Shown here in pieces: positions 39,301-48,464 of a DNA stretch of 64,000 nucleotides (its first letter is position 1; each line of letters starts with the position of its first letter). Source of the DNA: a virus. The notes below the pieces were generated by a model. That model did not search any database, was not told the origin of the DNA, and saw only the letters and a program-made list of their open reading frames with translations. The stretch lies in IMG/VR virus record IMGVR_UViG_3300023171_000011, positions 10,859 through 74,858 of that record, one strand, 5' to 3'. A program made the position numbers and the translations under genes.

Positions 39301-40180
39301 GAAAACCCTTGACAGCGCAGCATTTCAACGTCTTGCAACCAAACAAAGGTTCATTAACCAAATTATGAAAGGTGAGGGAGTAGATAGGGTTATGGAAGAT
39401 GCTGCTGACGAAGCTCAAATGACTTTCGATGAGATGATGGCCCACTTATCTGATAGTCCTCATGCCATGACTAAATTGATGCTTGACAATCGCTTGAAAT
39501 CTGAGCGCATGAAAAGAGACAACCACTTCGCAAAACAAGTTCAAACCCAAAGACAACTGAATTATGCTTTAGAAGACATTGGTAAATTAGAAATAGAACT
39601 TGCTGAACAACAAAAATATTCCTCAGTAGTGAAAGAGTTCTTCCCCAATAGGTTTGTCTTCATGCAAGCCGGCAAAGAAAAGTACGCAGAACAGTTTGGT
39701 ACAGCTTGCGACACCTACGTTGACTCTTTGATGGAGCTTTATATCAACAGCCCAACAGGAGTCGTGATGGGTTCGTTTCTGATCAACGATGTGAAAGTAA
39801 ACGTAAAGATCCACACAGCAGAAAAGTACAGCAAGAAAACAAAAGGCATGATTCCATATCCGGTATTGAGCTATACTTGTCCGGAGATCGGTATCTTTGA
39901 AAACATCCATGGTAGCGGAAGACAAGTGAACACCAATCAGGGAATGAGCATGATCAACGACATTCAATGGCAACTTGATTTGATTAAAGATGAACCCGAT
40001 CAATTGAAAGACAAAATAAGACGCATTAGAGTCACTACAAGCGAACTTGAGCGCACAATGGATAAAGTATTCGATGAGACACGTTTGAATGGCTTAGAAG
40101 AAGAGATTGAGGTATTGAAAGGCAAGATGCTTGCGGAGAAGAATAAAGTGGTAGAACAAGATGAATTAATAATAGAATGA
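36362..40180 (+). CDS. DarB-like SNF2/SF2 helicase lacking methyltransferase domain
   Basis: DEYLSGNVRVKL, LGAAWIP, HVVGSGKT, IDEFH, TGTPISNT, MGVGVNAQ, EQRNGRIERQGN. Confidence 0.8.
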   Translation: MSLYDKLLQKTSKSIYLNQKRTSDQAYVVDKETGNWIPIEKTYEADLGLKGDFYVHLALKGNGWVVSEGMSGSSLSTGTTMEVAVMAAKSKVQGYIKKHSEELFYDLLLKAKEKLTKKNPRYIPTLEKLEEVVPEPVIEPIPGVGNHDVSPEPITLKSVVRDCLNYKNTIDVDYISEALGLDSEEVENQLLAEELVFYNPENNVLEAPDEYLSGNVRVKLIKAEEAAINNPMFLRNVEKLKEVQPEQIPSAFIQYSLGAAWIPKEVFEKFATDMFKTKVKIQYLELTGKYSATAYFSGGPQIKMTYAAGGKNGLEILNATLNNQQITISETKSGKTTKNLDKTAAAQGMQEQMQDEFQAFIRANRDIEESTEKEYNEIFNSRVTRNFVIPDLVHYPGASTHIYLLKHQKAAVIRGLNHSTLFAHVVGSGKTLVIITTAMELRRLGKATKPMIVVQNKTRGQFIASFMDLYPDANILAPTGLELTTAYRAELYYKIRDQDWDAIILPASQFDMIPDDLDRQKKILADQINEVQEVLYNIDKRVMPQEYASVNRQLRGLRKDLGDIEINEEQRRNARELASQVDGSKPLLNFEDLGVDALLIDEFHRYKRLGGIYTALANVKGIDVQKSNRSQSTLLKMRWVQQHNEGRNTLVYTGTPISNTMAEAWTMIRYVRPDILKKIGIQHFDQFAKTFGQVIPSLEQTGGGTFKIQNRFAKFQNLPEFIAAFRECTDVVLKEDIAEFHLNDMIPKLHGGQIKQEIIKQSEELRLQIKEFRELLEWYDELEGMDRRKYSYIPLVVFGRAKQASIDLRLLSPANKDVPNSKVNQVIRHALRIYHETGLVQMIFSDLYQSPEPKEPFIDEDCQIPNPAYGMPRFNLFNDIKQKLIAQGVKPHEIAILTEPKYDKAEKAEQLFADANAARIKFLLGSTERMGVGVNAQKRLIGLHHVDAPNRPMDFEQRNGRIERQGNLNKEIHIFAYGVEKTLDSAAFQRLATKQRFINQIMKGEGVDRVMEDAADEAQMTFDEMMAHLSDSPHAMTKLMLDNRLKSERMKRDNHFAKQVQTQRQLNYALEDIGKLEIELAEQQKYSSVVKEFFPNRFVFMQAGKEKYAEQFGTACDTYVDSLMELYINSPTGVVMGSFLINDVKVNVKIHTAEKYSKKTKGMIPYPVLSYTCPEIGIFENIHGSGRQVNTNQGMSMINDIQWQLDLIKDEPDQLKDKIRRIRVTTSELERTMDKVFDETRLNGLEEEIEVLKGKMLAEKNKVVEQDELIIE

Positions 40181-40181
40181 T

Positions 40182-40565
40182 ATGAAAACTAACGAATTGA
40201 AAACCGGAAACCTTTTATTTAAAAATAACGAGGTAGTTACAGTGATGAATATATTTGGTCCAAGTGGGCTTGTTCAGTTTAAAGAAGAACCTTTTCAGCG
40301 TATCCCTTTATTGGTAGCTGAGATTGAAGGTATACCATTAACCGAGGAATGGTTATTAAAATTTGATTTTGTACTCACAGATGTAACTTTAAAAAAACAC
40401 TTAGATGTACCGACATATAATAACAGATGGCATGGTGTATTTTTAGAATACCACCTTTTAGGATGGTACATGGTAAAGCCGCATATAATAAACGAGATTC
40501 AGTGGGTACATCAACTACAAAACATTTATTTCGACGTAACAAGGGAGGAGTTAGTTTTGAAATAA
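40182..40565 (+). CDS. conserved Bacteroidota phage protein
   Basis: ELKTGN, IPLTEEWLLKFDF, VHQLQNIYF motifs. Confidence 0.65.
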   Translation: MKTNELKTGNLLFKNNEVVTVMNIFGPSGLVQFKEEPFQRIPLLVAEIEGIPLTEEWLLKFDFVLTDVTLKKHLDVPTYNNRWHGVFLEYHLLGWYMVKPHIINEIQWVHQLQNIYFDVTREELVLK

Positions 40566-40604
40566 AATTTCTACATTTACTGAAACTTTAATAATTCAGC
40601 TAAT

Positions 40605-40856
40605 ATGGCAACATACCCATCCTACACCTTTGATTCGTCAACTAACTACGCTCAGGTTCGTGAGACGGTAATGGTTATGCTAAGCGACTTGATCAATCAA
40701 TACGGTTGTTGTAAACCTAAATACGTAGAAGAGGCTATTAACGAAGCATTGCCTTTTATTCAGTGCTTTGATTACGATGAGGCGACAAACACCGAAAGGT
40801 ACAAGTCAGATGTAGAAACGAGTTACAAACTTTTATTTAATATAGCAAATGGCTGA
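40605..40856 (+). CDS. hypothetical protein
   Basis: ORF after near-consensus promoter TACATTTA 40572-79. Confidence 0.5.
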   Translation: MATYPSYTFDSSTNYAQVRETVMVMLSDLINQYGCCKPKYVEEAINEALPFIQCFDYDEATNTERYKSDVETSYKLLFNIANG

Positions 40857-41718
40857 GTTTCCTAGTGACGTTTTGTTGCAGGTACAGGCCGGCAATGAAT
40901 ATTTCAGCAATCTAGCTGATGAAAAGCTGAATGACTTAAAGCGAGGTTGCATAGATTGTGAGCCTCGCTCTTATCGTTGTCTTCAAACACTTATGATAGC
41001 AATCAACCATAAAGTGTTTATTGATTCTTATGATGATGCTGCAAAAGGAAATGTAGAACAGATGTTAACGATTATTGGGGACTACACGGTTAAAATTCCC
41101 CCCACAGTTAGCGCAGGAGCAGACCAAGTCGTAGAAGTCGGAACACCTGCAGTATTCACCGCAAACATCACCCTTGGTTCCGGAACACTTGTCTCCGTTC
41201 TTTGGGAAAAGATCAGTGGTGGTTCAGCCAACCTATCGGGAGCCAATACAGCCGTTCTAACGGTATCAAATTTCTCAGACGGACAAATTAACCTCAAAGT
41301 CACTGTAGTGGATTCTAATGGGCTTACAGCCTCTGATACGGTTATGCTAACAGGCACTCAAGATACAGCTAGAGTTGCTTACTGGTCAAGTGGCCCTGAT
41401 TTTACTATTCCTTCTTACGCAACAATAACCGGAACCTGGAATCAAGTTGCTTTTCTTCCTAATGGTCAAATTAATTTTCCTTTTTTGGTAAACTCTTTAG
41501 CTATTTTGAAAGTTGCCTATCCGAGTGATGAACCGATTAAAAACAGGTGGAGTGATATTGCGGACTTGAGTTTGTTTGGGCCTATTGGAACAGATGAGGA
41601 TACTTGGGGAGCAGGGACAGTAGTCAGTGGCGCTATTCCTTTAAGAGTGCATACGACTAATTTTCTTACAACCTATAATAAAGCACAACCATCAGGTATT
41701 AGATTTCAAACAGTTTAA
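40849..41718 (+). CDS. virion protein with PKD/Ig-like domain
   Basis: PPTVSAGADQ...WEKISG...LKVTVVDSNGLTASDTV. Confidence 0.65.
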   Translation: MAEFPSDVLLQVQAGNEYFSNLADEKLNDLKRGCIDCEPRSYRCLQTLMIAINHKVFIDSYDDAAKGNVEQMLTIIGDYTVKIPPTVSAGADQVVEVGTPAVFTANITLGSGTLVSVLWEKISGGSANLSGANTAVLTVSNFSDGQINLKVTVVDSNGLTASDTVMLTGTQDTARVAYWSSGPDFTIPSYATITGTWNQVAFLPNGQINFPFLVNSLAILKVAYPSDEPIKNRWSDIADLSLFGPIGTDEDTWGAGTVVSGAIPLRVHTTNFLTTYNKAQPSGIRFQTV

Positions 41719-41744
41719 TTTATAACCCTTTAATACAGTGTACC

Positions 41745-43355
41745 TTGGCCCTTTCACCTTACAATGACAATCTCCAAATAAATTCTCCGAAGCCTGTCGA
41801 TAATCGATGGGGCCGCTTTGTAGTCGCTACTGGCGGTTGGCGACCATACCTAGATATGTCAGAGTTTATGACTGTCCAGGCTTTTGGTGCTAGATATGAA
41901 ACGATGGTAGTTTTTGTCCGAAGCACCACTAACGCTGATAGATCAGATATTTTTATTTTAGATAAGAATAAAGACCCTTATTTGTTGGTGCCTGAAGTTG
42001 ATCTATCAAACTATTACGATAAGGATGATATAAATGGATTCAACGCTGACCTACTTACTTTGATAAACACAGCTCAGTCAAGTGCAAATTCAGCTTTAAG
42101 CCAAGTATTAGATGTTAATGAGGCCTTACAAGATTTAGATCAAAGCCTGGCTGTTGTGGCTAAGACAGGTAGTTACAATGACCTTTCAGATAAACCCACC
42201 ATACCGCCTACAGCTCCCGTACAGAGTGTAAACGGAAGAGTTGGCGCAGTAACAGGGTTAGCAGAACAAAGTAGCTTAGATGCCACTAATACGGCTGTAA
42301 GTCAGAAAGCTAATACAAGTGGTCAGGCGTTTACAGGAAATATATCAGCACCAAATCTTTCAGGAACAAACACAGGAGATCAAACAAAGTCTTCTTTAGG
42401 CTTAGGAAACGTTGACAACACATCTGACGCTGATAAGCCCATAAGTACAGCCCAAAATACAGCATTAGGACTAAAAGCACCACTAGCATCTCCTAACTTT
42501 CAGGGTTCACCAACAGCGCCAACACCAGCAAGTGGAGATAATAGTCAAAGGATAGCCACTACTGCATTTGTAATCGAAGCCACAAGTACGGACATTACGC
42601 CTGATGCATCCACTGTAGTAAAAGGTAAAGTAAAGTTAGCAGGAGATTTATCTGGTACAGCCGATTTACCCACAGTTCCAGGATTAGCGAACAAGTCCAA
42701 CATTAACGGACAGGTATTCACAGGAAACATATCTGCTCCTAATTTGAGTGGGGTGAATACCGGAGATCAGGACTTAAGTTCTTTAGCGACCAAACTTGAG
42801 CTTCAAACAGAAAGAGAGACTCGTTCCAACAGGGATGAGAATTTAGACGATAAAATAGATTTAGAGATCACAAATCGTCAAGCAGACACCACTTACACTC
42901 AGAACCAAATCAACCTGAATGACAGTAAACTCACAAATCAAGTTATAACCGCATCCGGAAGCTTTACAGTCACTTTAACACAATTGATAGGTCAATACAC
43001 CAAAACGTTTTTTAAAGACGGTGTAGCGTATAGAATTAGCGGAGTGGCTGATGAGGCAACAAGAAAGGTAAGTTTAGATACGATAACAGGAGTGGTCACT
43101 TCTTCTGTTCCTTTTTATGGAGAAACTGTTTGGGGAGAATATCAGGGGATATCTGGTGGAGTAGCATTCAGTGACTCTCCAATAGTTCAAAATTATTCAG
43201 ACATAGTTACTCATCCAACATGGGGTGGAAATAGGGTTATTACCTATTACGTATTAACAGATAATCAGAATATGGGTGGTAAAAAAGGTGCATATAGATA
43301 TGTTCCTACATTTACACCTACACCTGCACAATTAGCAATTAACTTTAATGATTAA
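41745..43355 (+). CDS. tail fibre protein
   Basis: TGSYNDLSDKP, VQSVNGRVGAV, GLGNVDNTSDADKPIS, APLASP..PTAPT, DASTVVKGKVKL fibre motifs. Confidence 0.8.
   Translation: MALSPYNDNLQINSPKPVDNRWGRFVVATGGWRPYLDMSEFMTVQAFGARYETMVVFVRSTTNADRSDIFILDKNKDPYLLVPEVDLSNYYDKDDINGFNADLLTLINTAQSSANSALSQVLDVNEALQDLDQSLAVVAKTGSYNDLSDKPTIPPTAPVQSVNGRVGAVTGLAEQSSLDATNTAVSQKANTSGQAFTGNISAPNLSGTNTGDQTKSSLGLGNVDNTSDADKPISTAQNTALGLKAPLASPNFQGSPTAPTPASGDNSQRIATTAFVIEATSTDITPDASTVVKGKVKLAGDLSGTADLPTVPGLANKSNINGQVFTGNISAPNLSGVNTGDQDLSSLATKLELQTERETRSNRDENLDDKIDLEITNRQADTTYTQNQINLNDSKLTNQVITASGSFTVTLTQLIGQYTKTFFKDGVAYRISGVADEATRKVSLDTITGVVTSSVPFYGETVWGEYQGISGGVAFSDSPIVQNYSDIVTHPTWGGNRVITYYVLTDNQNMGGKKGAYRYVPTFTPTPAQLAINFND
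42321..42770 (+). repeat. internal 21-aa repeat (42321-42383 and 42708-42770)
   Basis: GQAFTGNISAPNLSGTNTGDQ versus GQVFTGNISAPNLSGVNTGDQ. Confidence 0.85.
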
Positions 43356-43358
43356 AAT

Positions 43359-44522
43359 ATGAGTTTTCCAGTAGACATAACAAAAACGGGTTTCACTGAA
43401 ATCCAACTTTTAAAAGAATCAAATCCAGCGGCATTTGAACCTGCCACATATGATTTCGTTTATAATCCAGCCGGTACTCGTCCTACAATTACTAGGGGTA
43501 CTATAATTTTTCAGTCGTTAAACGACCTAGGCACAGCAGGCGTTTCAAATCTAAGCCCATTTAAAACTTTATATAAAGGAAAAGTTATAGTTTCAGTTTC
43601 ATCTGAGTGCATTATAACTGGTTTCTTTTCATCGTCATGGGGAGCTAATGCGGGTGCAACAACAGCTCAAAACGGGGGCTTATTTAAGTATTCTATGTTT
43701 TTAACAGCAGGTGAACATACTATCGATTTACCTGATTTTCTTTACGAAAGAGCTGCTTATCAATGGCAATTTACAGCAACAGTTGATGGTGTAGCGCCTA
43801 TCTGTACTTTTAGAATCATAGGTGCCAATATTACTTCTGATTTTGATTTTGATGCCACCACTAATGTACTTTTGATGACCGACAGTACCGGTTGGTATGC
43901 AATGGGTACTGACCCTGATGGAAATCCATATACTAGTTGGTGGTTATGGGAGAGAGCTTTAAAGCGATTGTTAGAAAACAACGGAGTTAAAGCTAGAATG
44001 ATAAATAAGGGCTTAGGTGGCACAAATACAAATTCATTATTAAGAAATATTCGTACAGGTTATTATGACACTAATAATGTTGATTGCATAATTGTTTCTT
44101 ATGGGATGAATGATGCTGATACTGCTCAAGGGGCTATTCCGTTAGCTACTTTTACATCTAATCTTTTAGATGTAATAAGATATCGCAATTACAGATATAG
44201 GGGCGCCTCTTTAGTGTTTTTAGCTCCCTCTGTTTCTGATACTCCAGGAAGAGTTTCAACACTTCAAAGTTATAGAGATGCGATTCAAGCTGTAGCAAAT
44301 GATGCAACACTTGGCGGTACGAGTAGAAGAGTTTATTTTTATGACCAATCTCAAGCCTTTTCATTAAGTGCTACCCCAACTACAGATATTAATTTTGCTA
44401 ATACAGAAAGGTCAGCAGGCAATAGATTACATCCATCAGGTAGCGCAAGGACTAACCTTATTGCACCACAATTATTTTCAATTATTCAAACCACAAACTT
44501 CTACCAGACTAAAACTCCATAA
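43359..44522 (+). CDS. SGNH/GDSL-like esterase, tail-associated
   Basis: Block I MTDST, block II NKGLGG, block III YGMND, block V RLHP. Confidence 0.7.
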   Translation: MSFPVDITKTGFTEIQLLKESNPAAFEPATYDFVYNPAGTRPTITRGTIIFQSLNDLGTAGVSNLSPFKTLYKGKVIVSVSSECIITGFFSSSWGANAGATTAQNGGLFKYSMFLTAGEHTIDLPDFLYERAAYQWQFTATVDGVAPICTFRIIGANITSDFDFDATTNVLLMTDSTGWYAMGTDPDGNPYTSWWLWERALKRLLENNGVKARMINKGLGGTNTNSLLRNIRTGYYDTNNVDCIIVSYGMNDADTAQGAIPLATFTSNLLDVIRYRNYRYRGASLVFLAPSVSDTPGRVSTLQSYRDAIQAVANDATLGGTSRRVYFYDQSQAFSLSATPTTDINFANTERSAGNRLHPSGSARTNLIAPQLFSIIQTTNFYQTKTP

Positions 44523-44524
44523 TT

Positions 44525-44719
44525 ATGAAAAAATACAATGTACAAGAGTTAAATCATGAAACTCTATTGGAATTAAAAAATGGCGATACTATTTTTAATA
44601 ATGAAACAAAAGGGGGGCGTATTTCTGAACACATACAAGAGAGCGTTGATTTTGGAACTTGGGGTATTAGGCATGTTTTTATTTTGAATAATAATAAAAA
44701 AATAATAGTAGAAAGATGA
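44525..44719 (+). CDS. hypothetical protein
   Basis: 64-aa AT-rich ORF. Confidence 0.35.
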   Translation: MKKYNVQELNHETLLELKNGDTIFNNETKGGRISEHIQESVDFGTWGIRHVFILNNNKKIIVER

Positions 44720-45762
44720 AAAATAAAACACTCATATTCCTTTTACTCTTTTCAATAGGAGTTCAAGCACAGACGCCTAATAATACGCCTACAGATTTTG
44801 TTAACGGCATAAGAGTTCCTCGTAAAGACGTTCCGGCTGCTGTACAGAATACTTCTGGTAATCTTGACTATTTCCCTACTACAAATAAGTTAGGGGTTCA
44901 CAACGGTACAGCATACCAATTAATCGCAACTGAGCCTTGGGTTCTTGGTAACTACGCACCTTTGTCGAGAACATTAACTATAAATGGGGTTACATTTGAT
45001 TTAAGTGCAAACAGAACTTGGACAATTGCTACAGGAGTCACTTCCTTTGGAAAGGTTGATGGCTATGGTATTACCTCTAGTGTTGCGAACCCAACGACGA
45101 CTCCTGTTCATACGGTTGCTGTGGATACTACCCAAGTAAGATCAGTGTTAAACAGCTATACAAAAGCCCAAGTAGATGCAAAAACAGTGGGTGCATTTGT
45201 AGACCTTACAAGTGCTCAATCGGTATCGGGTAATAAATCATGGAACGGAACGAGTCTATTCACTAATCTTGTTAACATAAACACGAGTTCTTCATCATCA
45301 GTTGCTTTTTCTAGTAATAACGGAACAGGGACCTCAATGGAGTTTAGTAATACCTCTAATACGAATACGAGTCCTGTTGTTGTTCTTTCTCATTCTAATG
45401 CTTCCGCCCCTTTCTTAAGGTATTTCGGAGGCGCTAATAGTCTAAGCTTTAAGGCAGCTACAATAACAACTCCAAGGATACAGACTTTTCAAGATAAAGA
45501 CGGTATAGTCGCTCTCACATCAGATTTTTACTCTTTTGAAAACTACGCTGCTTCTGGTAATGGCTCATCTACGACTATATCTATTGCTCATGGAAAAACA
45601 GGTATATCGTCGGTAAGTGCATGTATTGTTCAAGCGAGAAATGCTGCAAGTGCGGGCATAAGCTATGTCACTACGGATGCTACAAATGTGAATATTTTCT
45701 ACACTGTTGCACCTGCATCAGGATTAACAAATCTATTATACTCTATACAATTAAGACCATAA
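44716..45762 (+). CDS. tail-fibre-like protein with N-terminal signal peptide
   Basis: MKNKTLIFLLLFSIGVQAQ; RTLTINGVTFDLSANRTW, YTKAQVD, QSVSGNKSW, FQDKDGIVALTSD. Confidence 0.65.
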   Translation: MKNKTLIFLLLFSIGVQAQTPNNTPTDFVNGIRVPRKDVPAAVQNTSGNLDYFPTTNKLGVHNGTAYQLIATEPWVLGNYAPLSRTLTINGVTFDLSANRTWTIATGVTSFGKVDGYGITSSVANPTTTPVHTVAVDTTQVRSVLNSYTKAQVDAKTVGAFVDLTSAQSVSGNKSWNGTSLFTNLVNINTSSSSSVAFSSNNGTGTSMEFSNTSNTNTSPVVVLSHSNASAPFLRYFGGANSLSFKAATITTPRIQTFQDKDGIVALTSDFYSFENYAASGNGSSTTISIAHGKTGISSVSACIVQARNAASAGISYVTTDATNVNIFYTVAPASGLTNLLYSIQLRP

Positions 45763-45766
45763 AATC

Positions 45767-46282
45767 ATGAAAAAATTACTCTTCTCATTTTTATTATTCT
45801 TCCCTATTCTAGTAAATGCTCAAGTAACAGATGTTGCAAGCAAATCATTTGGTACACTAACTGATCTAAGGGCTATGGGTGGCAGTTCTAATGTCCAGGT
45901 ACTACTCCAAGGCTTGACTGCTGTTGGAGATGGGAATGGTGGTTTATATTACTGGAACTCGACAAGTACTGATGCTGATGATTCGTTCATTACTATTAAG
46001 GTTACAAATATTACAACGGGGCGTTGGAAAAGGGCAGCTAACAGCAATACTATTAAGGGTACAATCACGTTCAGCGCATTGACACTTACCACAGCATACA
46101 ACATAAATCATGGGTTACCTTTTACTCCATCACAAGTTTACATACAAGCTAGGTCTCCAAACGCTGCTGTGCCAAGTTGGGTATCTACGATTGATGGTAC
46201 TAAATTTACAGTCAACTTTGCAAGCGTTCCATTGTTGGGTACTTTGAACTTAACTATAGATTATCTGATTATAAAATTATAA
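45767..46282 (+). CDS. fibre/spike-like protein with signal peptide
   Basis: MKKLLFSFLLFFPILVNAQ; GDGNGGLYYW..GRWKR; NHGLPFTP. Confidence 0.6.
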   Translation: MKKLLFSFLLFFPILVNAQVTDVASKSFGTLTDLRAMGGSSNVQVLLQGLTAVGDGNGGLYYWNSTSTDADDSFITIKVTNITTGRWKRAANSNTIKGTITFSALTLTTAYNINHGLPFTPSQVYIQARSPNAAVPSWVSTIDGTKFTVNFASVPLLGTLNLTIDYLIIKL

Positions 46283-46301
46283 AATACTCCGTCAGATTGT
46301 G

Positions 46302-46336
46302 GAGGTTCTATGGCTTAGGTTGTAGAACCTCTTTTT
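46302..46336 (+). terminator. terminator ending tail operon
   Basis: gaggttcta...tagaacctc plus T5. Confidence 0.8.
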
Positions 46337-46383
46337 ATTTATATCTTTATTTCTATATTTGGTAAACTTTAAAACAAATAGCT

Positions 46384-46518
46384 ATGTGTGTCACTAATAA
46401 CGACTGCCCCCAAGGATTTAATTGTAATTCAGAGTCAGGACAATGTGTCCCAAAGCCAGTGATCAAAGATCCAATCAAACCAGAACCCGTATCGGTAGTT
46501 AAATCTGAGGAAGACTAG
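46384..46518 (+). CDS. 44-aa Cys-rich peptide
   Basis: MCVTNNDCPQGFNCNSESGQCVPKP...; first ORF after promoter TATATTTG 46354-61; stop overlaps next start. Confidence 0.6.
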   Translation: MCVTNNDCPQGFNCNSESGQCVPKPVIKDPIKPEPVSVVKSEED

Positions 46519-46874
46519 TGAGGACTGCGGCTTGCTTTGCCTATGTTCTATTGACAATCTTGTATTGCCTTTATACAGGGGATATGAGCTTGTTTATGTA
46601 TGGAGTTGGGCAAATGACTATCCTAGTGTTTATTGTCGCTCTATGCCTCTTTATATTAGTTCCTAAGCCAATGACAGAGATAGAGAGGTTATTCCTTCAA
46701 TATTGTTGTTTAATGACTGCAGGAAGAGCTGTATACACGCTGTATTGCGTCTGGATGGAAAAGCCATGGATTGTATATAATACTGATTTGTTTGGAGGAA
46801 TTACAGCGATCACATTTTCGGTATTCTTATTGTACTCGGCATATCAATTAACTTTCTCACAACCTAACAAATGA
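46518..46874 (+). CDS. multi-pass membrane protein
   Basis: About 4 hydrophobic segments. Confidence 0.6.
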   Translation: MRTAACFAYVLLTILYCLYTGDMSLFMYGVGQMTILVFIVALCLFILVPKPMTEIERLFLQYCCLMTAGRAVYTLYCVWMEKPWIVYNTDLFGGITAITFSVFLLYSAYQLTFSQPNK

Positions 46875-47278
46875 ACATCGTGGTGAAATTATGCTATTCT
46901 ATTGCGAACTTCTTAATCCTTAATGCACTATTTACTTTTTCTGACGCAAAGGATATTAGATTTTATATTGGTTCAGGTTTGGCTGTTTTAATGGGTTTGT
47001 TGCTACGAATAGCGATAGAGTGGAACAATGATACCCTTACATGGAAAAGATCGATTGTAGGGGCCCTATTTAGCTTGGGTTTATGCTATTTAAGTGTGCT
47101 TGTTTGGAGAGACTACACACCTCATGTAAAGTTAGAGTACTATTTATTTTTTTGTTCTTTGTTTAGTGTATTCATAGTTGGTTTGCTTGAGAAGGTATTT
47201 AAAATGGGGTTGAGTGGTTACGCACGATTGTTGATACAAAGGGTTATTGCCGAGGACACAAAACCAAAGGAGGACTAA
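46871..47278 (+). CDS. holin-like membrane protein
   Basis: 3-4 TM segments, charged C-terminus, upstream of endolysin. Confidence 0.5.
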   Translation: MNIVVKLCYSIANFLILNALFTFSDAKDIRFYIGSGLAVLMGLLLRIAIEWNNDTLTWKRSIVGALFSLGLCYLSVLVWRDYTPHVKLEYYLFFCSLFSVFIVGLLEKVFKMGLSGYARLLIQRVIAEDTKPKED

Positions 47279-47279
47279 T

Positions 47280-47630
47280 ATGACACTTTTAATCTGGCTA
47301 CATATAATTAATATTACGGTTATCATGCTATTGATATTGCATTTGATGATTAGAATTAAAAGAATGAAGTACGGAATTTATTGGAGTTTTGCCAGGTTAG
47401 CGTTCCATAAAGACTACAGGGGTATCAGGTGGTTAAAATCAAATCCTGTTTATTTTCTTTACATACTTTTGGTTTTAGTTCTGTTTTTTATCAACATCAC
47501 ACTTATAGGACAGCTTATGCGAAATTCAATATTCAATAGGCCAATATTTCTTTTAATGTTGAGCCCTTTGGCTTGGAGTATGGTTCTTGCTTACTTCCGG
47601 TACACTGATAAAAAAATGAAAGAAGCTTAA
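47280..47630 (+). CDS. membrane protein
   Basis: 3 hydrophobic segments; ATG at 47280. Confidence 0.5.
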   Translation: MTLLIWLHIINITVIMLLILHLMIRIKRMKYGIYWSFARLAFHKDYRGIRWLKSNPVYFLYILLVLVLFFINITLIGQLMRNSIFNRPIFLLMLSPLAWSMVLAYFRYTDKKMKEA

Positions 47631-47659
47631 TATGGAACTATAATTTGTACTTTTATGGT

Positions 47660-48001
47660 ATGAAAATAAAACTTACCGTAACCGAAGTAAAACACAAGAC
47701 ACTACTTGCATCCTTTAAAAAGAGCAAAAGGAAAGTAAAATCTCCACCCGTAAAGAGAGAATATAAAGATTATAATGCATTTCTAAAAAGCAATTACTGG
47801 AAATCTGTTCGCAAATTGGTATTAATTAGAGATGGGTTTAGGTGTAGGGTTTGCTCTTCTATAGATAAACTCCATATACACCACGACACCTATATTCACC
47901 ACACTAGGGAGCATGAACACTTAGGTGATTTACGGACGCTATGTGAGTCCTGTCATAACAAATGGCATACAGGGAAGAAAAGAAACAAAAAACATAAATA
48001 A
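47660..48001 (+). CDS. HNH endonuclease
   Basis: WKSVRKLVLIRDGFRCRVC...HIHH...LRTLCESCH. Confidence 0.85.
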   Translation: MKIKLTVTEVKHKTLLASFKKSKRKVKSPPVKREYKDYNAFLKSNYWKSVRKLVLIRDGFRCRVCSSIDKLHIHHDTYIHHTREHEHLGDLRTLCESCHNKWHTGKKRNKKHK

Positions 48002-48002
48002 T

Positions 48003-48452
48003 ATGGCAACACTAGGGCAAGCATCCTTAAAGAAACTTCAAGGCGTACATCCTGATCTGGTAAAAGTAATTAAGGAGGCGATCAAGGAGACTCCCGTGGA
48101 CTTTTCAATAGTTTACGGAGTACGGACCACACAAGAACAAAAAGACCTATATGCATTGGGCAGGACGAAAGTTAATCCTGATGGTAAGAGTACAAATAAA
48201 CCTCTTGGAAATATAGTTACTCAAAAAAACGGAACAACCAACAAAAGTAATCACCAGGTTAAAGCAGATGGATACGGCCACGCAATAGACTTTGTACCGT
48301 ATATTAATGGAAAGATAGACTGGAATGCCACCAATGAATTTAAAGTGATTGTAGCGCATATAATGGCTACTGCGAAGTGTTTAAACGTTCCGGTAGTTGC
48401 TGGCCTCTATTGGAAGACATTTCAGGACGCACCACACATCGAATTAGCTTAA
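48003..48452 (+). CDS. endolysin, M15 family (L-Ala-D-Glu) peptidase
   Basis: GVHPDL, GVRT..Q..LY..GRT, SNH....AID, DAPHIEL. Confidence 0.9.
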   Translation: MATLGQASLKKLQGVHPDLVKVIKEAIKETPVDFSIVYGVRTTQEQKDLYALGRTKVNPDGKSTNKPLGNIVTQKNGTTNKSNHQVKADGYGHAIDFVPYINGKIDWNATNEFKVIVAHIMATAKCLNVPVVAGLYWKTFQDAPHIELA

Positions 48453-48464
48453 AAAATATATACC

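Noticed and set aside
41745-46282. Diversity-generating retroelement or invertible tail cassette
   Set aside because: No reverse transcriptase, invertase or adenine-specific repeat pair seen; the fibre repeat differs mainly at synonymous sites
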